Assembly (NCBI GenBank): GCA_963847605.1
Contig: CAWKAM010000017.1
Location: 84,085 to 148,084, forward strand
Reading direction: 5' to 3'
Source of the DNA: an uncultured delta proteobacterium
Lineage (GTDB): Bacteria > Desulfobacterota > Desulfomonilia > UBA1062
DNA length: 64,000 bases
In this document: one piece after another, positions 20,930-30,889 of the stretch
Layout: the number at the start of each line of letters is the position of its first letter
How positions within the stretch are numbered: position 1 is the first letter of the stretch
The notes under the pieces: model-generated
Told to the model about the DNA's origin: nothing
Seen by the model: the letters and a program-made list of their open reading frames with translations, nothing else
Databases searched by the model: none
Position numbers and translations under genes: made by a program

Positions 20930-21583
20930 TCACTGTTTTGCGTTTAGCTTCGCTGCCGGCGAGGGGCCTAAGGAGGCTAGTAAAATATTTGCTATATCCC
21001 GATAATTATCAGAGACGGAGCTCAGGCTCTTTTTCGCCTCATCTTCTTTCCCCAGAGTGATAAGGGCGTCGGCCTTGAGAAGCAGGGCCTGATCTTTCAG
21101 GTCTATTGATGCATTCTCTATGCACGTATCCAGCAGCGGTAAGGCCTTGGCCTGCTCCTTCTGCTGTATATATGTGTCGGCCAAGATGAGGACAGCCTGC
21201 CAATAGAACGTATCCTTACTGCCCCATTTGTTGATGAACTCATCTGCATAAGACTGAGCCATCTTTTGATTTCCCTGATTAAATGACATGCGCGCAAGTC
21301 GCAATTTAGCGAGCTTGCCCGCCTTTGTATCGGAGTAGTCCTGGGCAACCTGGAGTGTCATCTGTGAGTTGTCGGCAGCCTTCAAGAATGCATTCATTCC
21401 ATCAAGCTCCCTGGTAGTCTTCCAGTAGTAGAATCCGTATCCTCCAGCCAGGATTCCCACGAGGACGACTGCACCAATGATGAATTGCTGTGGATGCTCT
21501 TTTATCCATACAAGTACGCTATTTGTCGTGGTTACGAATTCATCCGGCGTATTGAGCAGATCCTTACGAGTCATTCGTGCCAT
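20930..21583 (-). CDS. YfgM-like membrane-anchored TPR protein
   Basis: [12 protein letters not shown]-terminus, one TM helix, TPR-like helices. Confidence 0.75.
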   Translation of the reverse strand: MARMTRKDLLNTPDEFVTTTNSVLVWIKEHPQQFIIGAVVLVGILAGGYGFYYWKTTRELDGMNAFLKAADNSQMTLQVAQDYSDTKAGKLAKLRLARMSFNQGNQKMAQSYADEFINKWGSKDTFYWQAVLILADTYIQQKEQAKALPLLDTCIENASIDLKDQALLLKADALITLGKEDEAKKSLSSVSDNYRDIANILLASLGPSPAAKLNAKQ

Positions 21584-21670
21584 GTATATTCAACCTCCTA
21601 GTAGTTAGGAATCATATAGTAACTCTCAGAGGTGTATGTCAATTACGTATTATTCCCATGTGAATAGAAA

Positions 21671-21698
21671 ATGTCCCTGCACATATGTGCAGGGACAT
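21671..21698. terminator. perfect 28-bp palindrome downstream of pilQ
   Basis: ATGTCCCTGCACAT|ATGTGCAGGGACAT. Confidence 0.65.
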
Positions 21699-21740
21699 GA
21701 GTTTGCGGTCTAATCTTTAAGGATATTGTCCTTCAGGCGA

Positions 21741-23588
21741 TCACTGCAAGGTAACAGGCTCGATGATCTGAGGTGTTATGAAGATCAGGAGCTCTGTCTT
21801 GCTCTTTGTTATCTCTGTGCTTTTGAAGAGATAACTTATTACAGGTATATCACCCAGCCCTGGGACCTTTTGAATGTTATCCGTTTCCGATTCCTCAATA
21901 ATACCGCCGATGACGGTCGTTTCACCGTTCTTCACCAGCACTTCCGTCGTTGCCTCGCGGTTATCAATAGAGGGGTCACCCAGCTGGTTCTTGACGGATC
22001 CGAGTGCGTCGCGTTTTACGCTGATCTCCATGTTCACGCTCCCGTCAAAGGCGATCCTCGGAGTTACATCGAGTTGCAAGTCGATGTCCTTCAGATCAGT
22101 AGAGAGCTGGCCTTCCTGGTTACGGACGATGTACGGATATTTTTGACCCTGTTTGATAGTCGCCTTCTTGTTGTCCGTGGTGACAACCTTTGGCCTGGAG
22201 AGCACATTGACGCTACCGGTGGTCTCTCCGATGTCAAGACTCAGGTCAAGCTCAGCGGCTGTACTACCGAGCCTGCCCAAGGTAATGCCGAACCCCGCAG
22301 CCTGGTTGGTTGGGAAATTCACTGCCAAAGATGGGGATGGTATAGACGTCGTGCTCCATTGCGCTGAACCCCCTGGGGTTACGGTTGTACTGAAGGGACT
22401 TGCTGCAGTTGTCGCAGCCGCGGTGTTCACCCCTGAGAGGCCATAGAGATGTGAATTGGACTGATTCCTGAAAGAACCTCCCCACTGGATACCAAGACCC
22501 CTGGAGAAATTGTTGTCTGCCTGCACTATCCTGGCTGAGATGAGGACCTGCGGGGTGGGTTTGTCCAGTCTCTTCACCATGGCGCTGATATCATCCACGC
22601 TTTTAGGGATGTCTTTGACAATGAGCACATTGGTCCTGTTATCCGCAGTGATGTTGCCGCGATCCGAAAGCAGCCCAACTTCCTTTCCTTTGAGAGTAGA
22701 AGTGATCTCTGATGCCTTAGCGAAGTTGACGGGGATAACCGAGGTGACCAGGGGCTCCAACTGCTCCAAGGTCTTTTTTGAGGCGAGTTGGCGCTCCTGG
22801 GCTTGCTTGATCTTATCCGCCGGTGCAATGCGCACTACATTGCCCATGGCCATTTTATCAAGGTCCTTACTTTCTAGTACCACATCCAGGGCCTGGTCCC
22901 ACGGGATGTCCTTAAGTCTGATGGTGATGGTTCCCTTGACTTCGTCCGAGGTCACAATATTGAGCCCGCTCACGTCAGCGATGATCCTTAAGATATTGTG
23001 AATGTCGGCGTTCTGGAAATCCAGGGTGATCTTTTCTCCTTTGTATTTGGGGGAGGTATCCGTGTTGATGATGTTGTTCTGGAAGGCGGGTTCCGGGGAA
23101 AGACCTTTCACATAGGGCTGTTTGGAGGGTTCAGAGGATCCCGAACTTTGAATAGCCGCAGAAACCGTATCGAGAGCGATGGCCTTTACCGGTTGAACCT
23201 TGTTTTTGACCTCATCGGGGATATCGAAGTCCATAATGAGAAGCTTGTTGTCTTGGGACACAAAGTAGGGGGTCATCTGCTTCATGGCAATATCAAAGAC
23301 CACATCCCCTTTGTCCTGCCGTGGAAGGATCTCCTGAATGGCTGTTGCAAACTCGGAAGTAATATATGGCCGTGCAAGGTGGTTCGGGATTTTAGCCTTG
23401 TTGATCCTTAGTACCACGCTGTTGCCTTCCCGGTTCACGTCATAAGTTGCCTGTCCATCAAGGCCGATCTGGAGGCGTGACTTATTTTCCACATTCATGA
23501 AATCCACGCTCTTGATGGTCAATCCGGATGCGGAGAACGGCCATGCAAGCAAGCCAATTATGCATACTAGGATGGTATGTTTCTTCAT
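21741..23588 (-). CDS. pilQ: type IV pilus secretin
   Basis: AMIN-like N-terminus, KITLDFQNADI, PWDQALD, PQVLISARIV, VPGLGDIP..LF. Confidence 0.95.
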   Translation of the reverse strand: MKKHTILVCIIGLLAWPFSASGLTIKSVDFMNVENKSRLQIGLDGQATYDVNREGNSVVLRINKAKIPNHLARPYITSEFATAIQEILPRQDKGDVVFDIAMKQMTPYFVSQDNKLLIMDFDIPDEVKNKVQPVKAIALDTVSAAIQSSGSSEPSKQPYVKGLSPEPAFQNNIINTDTSPKYKGEKITLDFQNADIHNILRIIADVSGLNIVTSDEVKGTITIRLKDIPWDQALDVVLESKDLDKMAMGNVVRIAPADKIKQAQERQLASKKTLEQLEPLVTSVIPVNFAKASEITSTLKGKEVGLLSDRGNITADNRTNVLIVKDIPKSVDDISAMVKRLDKPTPQVLISARIVQADNNFSRGLGIQWGGSFRNQSNSHLYGLSGVNTAAATTAASPFSTTVTPGGSAQWSTTSIPSPSLAVNFPTNQAAGFGITLGRLGSTAAELDLSLDIGETTGSVNVLSRPKVVTTDNKKATIKQGQKYPYIVRNQEGQLSTDLKDIDLQLDVTPRIAFDGSVNMEISVKRDALGSVKNQLGDPSIDNREATTEVLVKNGETTVIGGIIEESETDNIQKVPGLGDIPVISYLFKSTEITKSKTELLIFITPQIIEPVTLQ

Positions 23589-23589
23589 G

Positions 23590-24111
23590 CTACTTTACCC
23601 CCTCTTCCTTCTTGAGAGCCAATACAACTTCTCGGGTGGTCACACGACCCATGTAGTCTTTGAAGTGTTGTTTGATGGTAATCCCGTCTTTCGCGATTTT
23701 TGTGACTATACCACTATTCTCGCCGATAAGAGTACCTTCGGTGATGATATACCCTATGCCTGACGAATCCTGGATAAGGGCCCGGTTTTGTTTGGTGAGG
23801 ATGACACCGACGAGGTAAACTTGCGAAATGGAAAGCCTCTGGAGTGTATCCGGGCCCATGCTGCCGCCTGGCCCTGCTTCACCCGGGGTGATGCCCTGGA
23901 AGGGTTGGAAGGGATCTCGCACACCTGTTACTTGATATTCCGGTTTCTTCTCTTCTTCCTGGACAAGCACCGGCTTAACCATTTCCGCCTTTTTCTTGAC
24001 CGCCGGTGGTGTCTGGCTCGTTGCCGTGGTGGGGGACTGCTGGCCGCCGGTACAGGCAAACAATAAACCTGATAAACCTACGATGAGGAGAGAATAGATG
24101 ATCTTTTTCAT
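23590..24111 (-). CDS. pilP: type IV pilus lipoprotein PilP
   Basis: Lipobox LFAC, RDPFQPF, operon position. Confidence 0.9.
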   Translation of the reverse strand: MKKIIYSLLIVGLSGLLFACTGGQQSPTTATSQTPPAVKKKAEMVKPVLVQEEEKKPEYQVTGVRDPFQPFQGITPGEAGPGGSMGPDTLQRLSISQVYLVGVILTKQNRALIQDSSGIGYIITEGTLIGENSGIVTKIAKDGITIKQHFKDYMGRVTTREVVLALKKEEGVK

Positions 24112-24728
24112 TTCTTCCCTCCCTTGGTTGAGCTGGATTCTGAGGGTGTTGTCTTCGCCCCTTCTATAAATTTATAGGTGACTGCACTGCAAGATGTGGA
24201 AACCATTGTACCGTCGCCTGTGGGGTTCTTCTTGGGTGAGCCCATGGTGATGTCCAGGATATTGACGATCCGGGGCATCTTGGAGACATTGTCGAAGAAT
24301 GTGACGATGTCCCGATACTTCCCCTCCACCTGGATACCTACGGGGATCTCTGCATAAAAGTTCTTGGCGACCTCGGGCATGGGCTTGAAGAGCTTAAATT
24401 GCAGCCCTGCAGCAGTGCCCAGGGAGGAGACATTTTCAAGGAGTGTCGGGATCTCACTCTTGTCGGGGAGTTGTTTCAAGGCTATGTATAGCTTAGCCCT
24501 GGTTTGTTCAAGTTCTGCAAGGTACCTGGCTTTTCCCTTTACGATTACCTTTTTGGCGGCAAGCTGGGACTTGAGTTGGTTCAACTCCGGCTCAATGGTC
24601 CTGATATCGGTGAGTATAGGCTTGTAGAATACCTGCCAGTAGATGCCGATGATGGCGCCAAGGATAACCACGAGGATAAGCACCTTAATGAGCGGCTTCT
24701 GTCGTAATAGTATATCAATTGCGTTCAT
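24108..24728 (-). CDS. pilO: type IV pilus protein PilO
   Basis: LPDKSEIPTLL, FYAEIPV, MPRIVNI. Confidence 0.92.
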   Translation of the reverse strand: MNAIDILLRQKPLIKVLILVVILGAIIGIYWQVFYKPILTDIRTIEPELNQLKSQLAAKKVIVKGKARYLAELEQTRAKLYIALKQLPDKSEIPTLLENVSSLGTAAGLQFKLFKPMPEVAKNFYAEIPVGIQVEGKYRDIVTFFDNVSKMPRIVNILDITMGSPKKNPTGDGTMVSTSCSAVTYKFIEGAKTTPSESSSTKGGKK

Positions 24729-24736
24729 ACTCCACC

Positions 24737-25270
24737 TCAGGCCGACAACTTGATCTTGCACGTGATGGAAAATTTCTGCCTGCCCCCCTCTTGCTGGGAG
24801 AGCACTAAAGTTACGTTATCGAAATGCTTCGAGCTCTGTAGCTGTTTCATGAACGTGGCAATGGTAGTATTGTCCAGGGCCTGGCCTTCGAGCACCATAC
24901 TGTCACCTTTGTTGCTCAGAGAGGTAATCCATGCCTTATCAGGGATGATCATGCTCAGTTCGTCCAAGATCTCCACAGGGCCGGTCTTCTTGGCGTTGAG
25001 GTCCTGGATTACATCGAGTTTTTTCTCCAATTCCTGTTTCTGTTGTTTGAAGTCCTCGATCTCGCCGGCCTCGGCAGTGAGCTTCTTGATCTCCAATTTT
25101 GTAGCTGTAACCTCTCTTACCAGGGACTCCCTTTGTGCGGTTATTGTGGCCTGGACGAACCATTCAAAGATGAGCAGGAGAAAGATGCAGAGCGCGAGAA
25201 GCACCACATGCTCCACCAAGGCCTTCTTCCTTAGTTCAAGCCGGATGGGTAATAGATTTATCTTTACCAT
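24737..25270 (-). CDS. pilN: type IV pilus protein PilN
   Basis: INLLP N-terminus, TM helix, coiled coil. Confidence 0.92.
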   Translation of the reverse strand: MVKINLLPIRLELRKKALVEHVVLLALCIFLLLIFEWFVQATITAQRESLVREVTATKLEIKKLTAEAGEIEDFKQQKQELEKKLDVIQDLNAKKTGPVEILDELSMIIPDKAWITSLSNKGDSMVLEGQALDNTTIATFMKQLQSSKHFDNVTLVLSQQEGGRQKFSITCKIKLSA

Positions 25271-26319
25271 TTATAGTCGGCCCTCCTTAATGCAAGGCCC
25301 ACGGCCACAGCCATCTGTGGTGCAATATAGGCCATATATTCCGGGTCAAACACTCTATCGTCCCATTTGATATTATTGAACGGGTTGACCCGTTCCACGG
25401 GGATCTCCATCTGTTTCTCAAGAAGCTTGATGATCCCGGGTATCCTGCTGGATCCGCCGCTCATGTAGATCTTTTCTATATTCTCGTTAACCATGGTAGA
25501 CAGGAAAAAGTCCAGTGTCCGCCTGATCTCCTGCACATAGGTTTCCGCCGCCATTTTGAAGATGTAGTTGATCTTCTCCAGGTCTATGCCTTCGATGTTT
25601 GCGCCGGTCTTAATGTTCTCGGCTCGTTCGTAGCTCACGCTGAATTCGCGCTGTATCCTTTCTGTGAGCTGCCTGCCACCCATTGAGATATCGCGGGCAA
25701 AGATCGACATACCGTCTTTGAGTACATTGATGTTGATCATCGATGCCCCAGCATCCACGAGTGCCACGATGCTCTCAGCTGCATCCGGATAGTTTATTTC
25801 ATACATCGTTTCAAGCGAGAATACATCGATATCCATGAGCATGGGCTTTAGGCCTGCATTTCTGACTGCTGAAGTGTAATCGTCAACGAGCTCTTTCTTG
25901 GCTGCAACAAAGAGCACATCCATCATATCTGTACGCTCCAGGCTCTCACCCAGGATGAAGGAATCCAGATACACATCATTGATGTCAAAGGGTATGTACT
26001 GTTCAGCCTCGATAAGTAACGTCTGTCTGAGCTCGCCTTCACTCATGAGAGGGAGCTCGGCCTTCTTCACGATCACGGAATGGCCGGATATCGCAGTAGC
26101 GGAACCGTGGGCTCGAACCTTCAAGTTTTCTCTAAGATTCTTGATTGTATCCACTACCGTCTCAGAGTCCATGATATCCTTGTCCACGATGCATTCGGCG
26201 GGTATCAGGCCAAGACCTAATGACTTCAGTTGGTAGCCGCTCCGCGTCTTGGCTATATCCACCATTTTAATTGATTGTGAACCGATATCCAAGCCAAGCA
26301 GATTTTTCTCAAAAAACAT
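25264..26319 (-). CDS. pilM: type IV pilus assembly protein PilM
   Basis: GLDIGSQSIK, EAEQYIPF, VAVGLALR. Confidence 0.95.
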   Translation of the reverse strand: MFFEKNLLGLDIGSQSIKMVDIAKTRSGYQLKSLGLGLIPAECIVDKDIMDSETVVDTIKNLRENLKVRAHGSATAISGHSVIVKKAELPLMSEGELRQTLLIEAEQYIPFDINDVYLDSFILGESLERTDMMDVLFVAAKKELVDDYTSAVRNAGLKPMLMDIDVFSLETMYEINYPDAAESIVALVDAGASMININVLKDGMSIFARDISMGGRQLTERIQREFSVSYERAENIKTGANIEGIDLEKINYIFKMAAETYVQEIRRTLDFFLSTMVNENIEKIYMSGGSSRIPGIIKLLEKQMEIPVERVNPFNNIKWDDRVFDPEYMAYIAPQMAVAVGLALRRADYKW

Positions 26320-26334
26320 TGTACCACCCCGCGA

Positions 26335-26622
26335 TCAAGACTTTTTCTTTTTGAACACCACGATGGTATCTCCGGATCTTACCAGGTTCAGCTCTTTCAC
26401 AATTACATTCTCTATGTATGCCATATTGTCTTTCAGCATGGTTGCTTCCTGTGTGAGTGCAGCATTTTCCAGCGCGAGTTGGGCATTGCGGCTTTTCAGA
26501 GTGATAAGTTCGCGATGGAGTTGATAACCTCGGATGATCCCTTTTTCCCCAGGTAGAGTGAACACGAGCAGCAACGCGATAACCAAAATTAGGCCATAAG
26601 TTAAGGAGTGCGTAACTGTCAT
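26335..26622 (-). CDS. septum formation initiator (FtsB/DivIC family)
   Basis: TM helix, GEKG, leucine-zipper coiled coil, YIENVIVKELNLVRSGD. Confidence 0.8.
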   Translation of the reverse strand: MTVTHSLTYGLILVIALLLVFTLPGEKGIIRGYQLHRELITLKSRNAQLALENAALTQEATMLKDNMAYIENVIVKELNLVRSGDTIVVFKKKKS

Positions 26623-26820
26623 TGTCAGTGTTATATCCTATTAATAATGGAATCGCATTAAAAATCAATTCTTCCCTATGCATAGCCTATCTATCGGGAC
26701 AACGAAAGTGAATCTTTAGGGAAATATCAAATTGGTAACAGCACTTGAGAAAGACATGATAAAAGGGTTTAACCGGTTACCATGTCGTAATAAGGATTCC
26801 CATCCTGCAGATCATCCAGA

Positions 26821-27474
26821 TCATCTTGAAATCCGGTAATGAATCCCCGTGGTAAGACCCATGAGAAAGCCACCTATATGGGAGAACCAAGCCACTGTGC
26901 TTTGAGAGTGCATGCTTAAGTATCCATGTGCGCCTTGGAGGATGAACCAGATGAGGATGAAGAAGATGGAAGGGACCTCGATGATCTCAAGCAGCAGGAT
27001 TAATGGGATTATGGTAAGGATCCGGCCTTTCGGGTTCAGAATGAGATAGGCCCCCATGACGGCGGCAATGGCTCCCGATGCGCCCACAACGGGGACAGAT
27101 GATTGGGGATGGACTATGGTATGTGCATAGAAAGCAGCAAAGAGCGCTGCATGGTAGAAGATCATGAACTGTACTATTCCAATGTTTTTTTCCACTGGTG
27201 GACCGAAGACGGAAAGGAATATGAGATTCCCGATAAGGTGGATATAGCCCGTGTGAATGAACCCCGATGCCAGGATGGAGAGGTGAATCTTCAAGAAACC
27301 CGGAGAACCTTGTATGAGGAATCCTGTGATATCGGCAGGGCTTGCACTGAACATATGGAATATCTGCCCGCCAAGCCTGAGCTCTTCGATGAACATGGCA
27401 AGATTCAAGATTATAAGGCAGGCTGTAGCAGGTGCAAAACCTCTCGGGACAGTGGTATCCCTGACCGGGATCAT
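26821..27474 (-). CDS. rhomboid intramembrane serine protease
   Basis: MIPVRD, HLIGN, GASGAIA, HIGGF. Confidence 0.92.
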   Translation of the reverse strand: MIPVRDTTVPRGFAPATACLIILNLAMFIEELRLGGQIFHMFSASPADITGFLIQGSPGFLKIHLSILASGFIHTGYIHLIGNLIFLSVFGPPVEKNIGIVQFMIFYHAALFAAFYAHTIVHPQSSVPVVGASGAIAAVMGAYLILNPKGRILTIIPLILLLEIIEVPSIFFILIWFILQGAHGYLSMHSQSTVAWFSHIGGFLMGLTTGIHYRISR

Positions 27475-27720
27475 ATCCTTTTTGTCCTTCGATCAGTACT
27501 GCCGAGGCGGGTAAGCCCTATGTGAATGCAGGTGATTAAGAAATCGGCAATGGGCACAAGCGCATGGGACTGATAAGCGCTGTGAATCGCCATGATCTTC
27601 CACCTCGAATTCAACTGACATTTACCTGATGAAGCATTACCATGAAAAGGACCTTGGAGCAAGGTGATCGCATAACCCTATCTTGCCGCTTACATGTTTT
27701 GTGGTATATAGGTTCTTGCC

Positions 27721-27939
27721 ATGAGACAATTCGCTAACCCGCTAATCTTTGCAGGCATTATCCTGGTCCTGCTCGGCATCTTTTTCAGCATGGGAGGCAG
27801 CTTGTCATGGCTGGGAAGGCTGCCCGGCGATTTCCGGATCACCAGGCCGGGATTTAATTTCTATTTTCCTGTCACGACATCCATACTCATAAGCATCGCA
27901 ATAAGCCTGGTATTATATCTTATTAGGTATTTCAGGTAA
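27721..27939 (+). CDS. DUF2905 small membrane protein
   Basis: WLGRLPGDF...FYFPVTTSILIS. Confidence 0.85.
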   Translation: MRQFANPLIFAGIILVLLGIFFSMGGSLSWLGRLPGDFRITRPGFNFYFPVTTSILISIAISLVLYLIRYFR

Positions 27940-27944
27940 GAAGC

Positions 27945-29195
27945 GTGTCCATAGACAACTTCATCGCATGGTTTGTCCGCATGAGTTCAAAGGCTTGCTT
28001 TACCTTTGATGATAGTGCACCCGTGTTTCCTCTTGTTGCGCCATCTAGACCGGTTCACCTGTATATGCACATCCCGTTCTGTGTTCAGCCCTGTCCTTAC
28101 TGCTCGTTCCACCGGTATCCCTTTGAGGAGGATTCGGCGAGGGTATATTTTAAGGCCTTAAGGAAGGAGCTTACGATTTATTCAGACATGGGTTTTCGTT
28201 TTTCATCCGTGTATGTCGGCGGGGGTACTCCAACGGTACTGATGGATGAGCTCTTTGAGACGATAGGACTTATCGAGACACTCTTTAAGCCTGGAGAGAT
28301 ATCGGTGGAGACAAACCCTGACCGCCTTGAGAGAGACCAGATAACTTCCCTTGCCAATGCAGGGGTGAGAAGGGTATCGGTGGGCATACAGAGCTTTTCC
28401 GATGAGATCTTAAAGGCCATCGGGCGATATGAGAAGTATGGCAGCGGGGCCGAGCTTGCCCGGAAAGTATTCGATGCCTTAGGTTCGGTGGAGACCTTGA
28501 ATGTGGATATGATTTACAACTTCCCCATCCAAGACTCCTCCATGCTCGAACACGATCTGGCAACCCTGCTTAAGATCCTGCCTGACCAGGTTACCTTCTA
28601 TCCCCTCATGATCTCTCAAGCAACACACAAGCAGATGGAAAGTATCATGGGGGGAGTCAGTCCAGGGAAAGAGAAGGTCTTTTATAATATGATTACCTCA
28701 ACCCTCGAGCCTCTCTATCAGCCGAACTCGGCATGGTGCTTTTCCCGTGGAGGCTCCCCCATGATCGATGAATATGTCGTGGGTGGAGAGGAATATGTGG
28801 GTGCAGGCAGCGGTGCCTTCGGCCTGGTTAGCGGAGCCATATACGCAAACACCTTCTCGCTTGGGGAGTATGTGCGATCACTGGAATCCGGGAGGCTTCC
28901 CATAAGACACCGCAAGGCCTTCTCACTTCATGAGATGGCCAGGTACAGCCTACTCATGAATCTCTTCGGGCTTAAGCTTGACCTCGGCTTATTCAAACAG
29001 CGGTTCGGACATTCCATCTGGTACCTGCTCGGGCCCGAGATATTCTTTTTTATACTGACCGGTGCTATCAGTATTTCCCCTTCACAGCTAAGGCTTACCT
29101 CACGCGGACGCTACTACTGGGTCATCATGATGCGAGAGTTCTTCACGGGCGTGGACAACTTCCGCGATGCAAGCAGGGAAGCTGCGGGTCTATAA
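27945..29195 (+). CDS. HemN-like class C radical SAM enzyme, probably MenK/MqnK-type menaquinone methyltransferase
   Basis: YMHIPFCVQPCPYCSF, YVGGGTPT, QVTFYPLM, C-terminal MMREFF. Confidence 0.75.
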   Translation: MSIDNFIAWFVRMSSKACFTFDDSAPVFPLVAPSRPVHLYMHIPFCVQPCPYCSFHRYPFEEDSARVYFKALRKELTIYSDMGFRFSSVYVGGGTPTVLMDELFETIGLIETLFKPGEISVETNPDRLERDQITSLANAGVRRVSVGIQSFSDEILKAIGRYEKYGSGAELARKVFDALGSVETLNVDMIYNFPIQDSSMLEHDLATLLKILPDQVTFYPLMISQATHKQMESIMGGVSPGKEKVFYNMITSTLEPLYQPNSAWCFSRGGSPMIDEYVVGGEEYVGAGSGAFGLVSGAIYANTFSLGEYVRSLESGRLPIRHRKAFSLHEMARYSLLMNLFGLKLDLGLFKQRFGHSIWYLLGPEIFFFILTGAISISPSQLRLTSRGRYYWVIMMREFFTGVDNFRDASREAAGL

Positions 29196-29282
29196 GCAGA
29201 GGCCATCTGGCATCATGTGTACGCCACATAGGGCTTTAATCCAGAAACTGTGTTCAAGAGTGGTCATTTGCAAGGTGCGGGT

Positions 29283-30629
29283 CTAAACGGATTCACTGTC
29301 GAGTTTCTCTATAAGAAAGTCTATCTCCCGCTTCACCTTTAGGTTCTGGGTGTACTGGGTCTCGATGGTTTCAAGGGAATGGATAATGGAGGAGTGCTTC
29401 CGGGAGAAGGCTTCACCGATAATCTGCAGCGATTCCTCAGTGTAACGCCTGCACAAGAAGATAGCCACCTGGCGCGGATACACGATATCCTTTCTCCGTG
29501 AAGGGGAGACGATTTTCTCCTTGGCGATGGAGAAATTTTTGGAGATGAAGTCAAGAATATAGGGGATTGTTATCCTCTGCTGTTTCTCCAGTGTCCCCTC
29601 CAAGAGTTCCTGAGCAAGCTCTATGGTGATCTTGCGCTTCATGAGTGAACTCATTGCGGCAACGGTCATGACTGCGCTCTCCAGGTCCCTGATACTGGTA
29701 TGGATGGTTTCACTGATAAATTCCACTACCTCATCGGGCATAGTGATCCCGTTCTTTTTTGCCTTGTGGCGTACAATCTTGGCACGTGTTGCCTTATCGG
29801 GACGTTTGATATCAATAACAAGCCCTGAAGAGAACCGGGAGCGCAGGCCCTTATCGATCTGGGGCATGGATGTCGGCGGGCGGAAACCTGAAAGGATAAC
29901 TTGCTTGCCCGCACTGATAAGGTCATCCAGCACATGACATAACTCAACTTGTGTCTTCTCTTTGTTTTTAAATAGATGGACATCGTCGATAAAGAAGATG
30001 TCTACGTTGTGGCTTCTATATGAGTTTTTGAAGGAACTCAAACAATTGTTTCTCACTGAATGTACATAATCCTGCGTGAAGTCCCTGGCCGTAGTGTACA
30101 TCACATTGGAGCCGTTGTGTTGGGAAACCACTTTATTGCCGATGGCATGTGAAATGTGGCTCTTACCGAGTCCCACATCGGAATAGAAGTAAAGGGGATT
30201 ATATCGGCTGATATCCCCTTCGGAGACTGCAAAGGCCGCTTCATAGGCAAAGGCATTGCACCTGCCTACCACGAACTCATCAAAGGTGAAATGGGTATTG
30301 AGCCCGCAGGATACCCCTGATGGAACATGTGATGGCAGGCTCATCTGGATGGGGCGGTCTTGTTCGGGTGTCGGTCTATTATCCTGTAACTCATAGGCAG
30401 GATTCACGCAGAATTCCACATCTACCGGTCTGCCCAGGTATGACCTGATGGCTGAGATGATAATATCTTTATACGCCCTGGTAATGTATCTCTGGGCAAA
30501 AACATTAGGACAGCGTACAAAGACGGTACTATCCTCCTCGCACATCTCAAGTTGATCAATGAGCGCCTTGTCCGATGCAGCCTGTGATATTGAGAGTATA
30601 GATTCTTTAATCATTGCAAAGTGATTCAC
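29283..30629 (-). CDS. dnaA: DnaA-family initiator-like protein (divergent paralog)
   Basis: FTFDEFVVG, YNPLY, VGLGKSH, FIDD, RDLE, domain IV RQVAIFLCR; no dnaN/recF/gyrB adjacent. Confidence 0.85.
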   Translation of the reverse strand: MNHFAMIKESILSISQAASDKALIDQLEMCEEDSTVFVRCPNVFAQRYITRAYKDIIISAIRSYLGRPVDVEFCVNPAYELQDNRPTPEQDRPIQMSLPSHVPSGVSCGLNTHFTFDEFVVGRCNAFAYEAAFAVSEGDISRYNPLYFYSDVGLGKSHISHAIGNKVVSQHNGSNVMYTTARDFTQDYVHSVRNNCLSSFKNSYRSHNVDIFFIDDVHLFKNKEKTQVELCHVLDDLISAGKQVILSGFRPPTSMPQIDKGLRSRFSSGLVIDIKRPDKATRAKIVRHKAKKNGITMPDEVVEFISETIHTSIRDLESAVMTVAAMSSLMKRKITIELAQELLEGTLEKQQRITIPYILDFISKNFSIAKEKIVSPSRRKDIVYPRQVAIFLCRRYTEESLQIIGEAFSRKHSSIIHSLETIETQYTQNLKVKREIDFLIEKLDSESV

Positions 30630-30889
30630 AAACCCCCCTCCTCAGATGAAGAAACCTCAGATTCAACGACTGCATAATGATTCGAGTGGAAAAAAAGGTC
30701 AAAGGTGAAACACCCCGGTTATAGGTGTCTTGTGTTAATTTTATGTTAACTCAATTAACTATAGTAATATCAATGAGATAAATAACGAAACTCGACCTTC
30801 AGGGCATCTGATGGGACCTGTTCAGGACTTCGGTCGTACCTGGTTCTTGAAGTGTTATCTACATTTTGTAGAAAACTGAGGAGCTTTGT

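Noticed and set aside
30630-30889. oriC next to dnaA
   Set aside because: No cluster of DnaA boxes recognised and no dnaN/gyrB context
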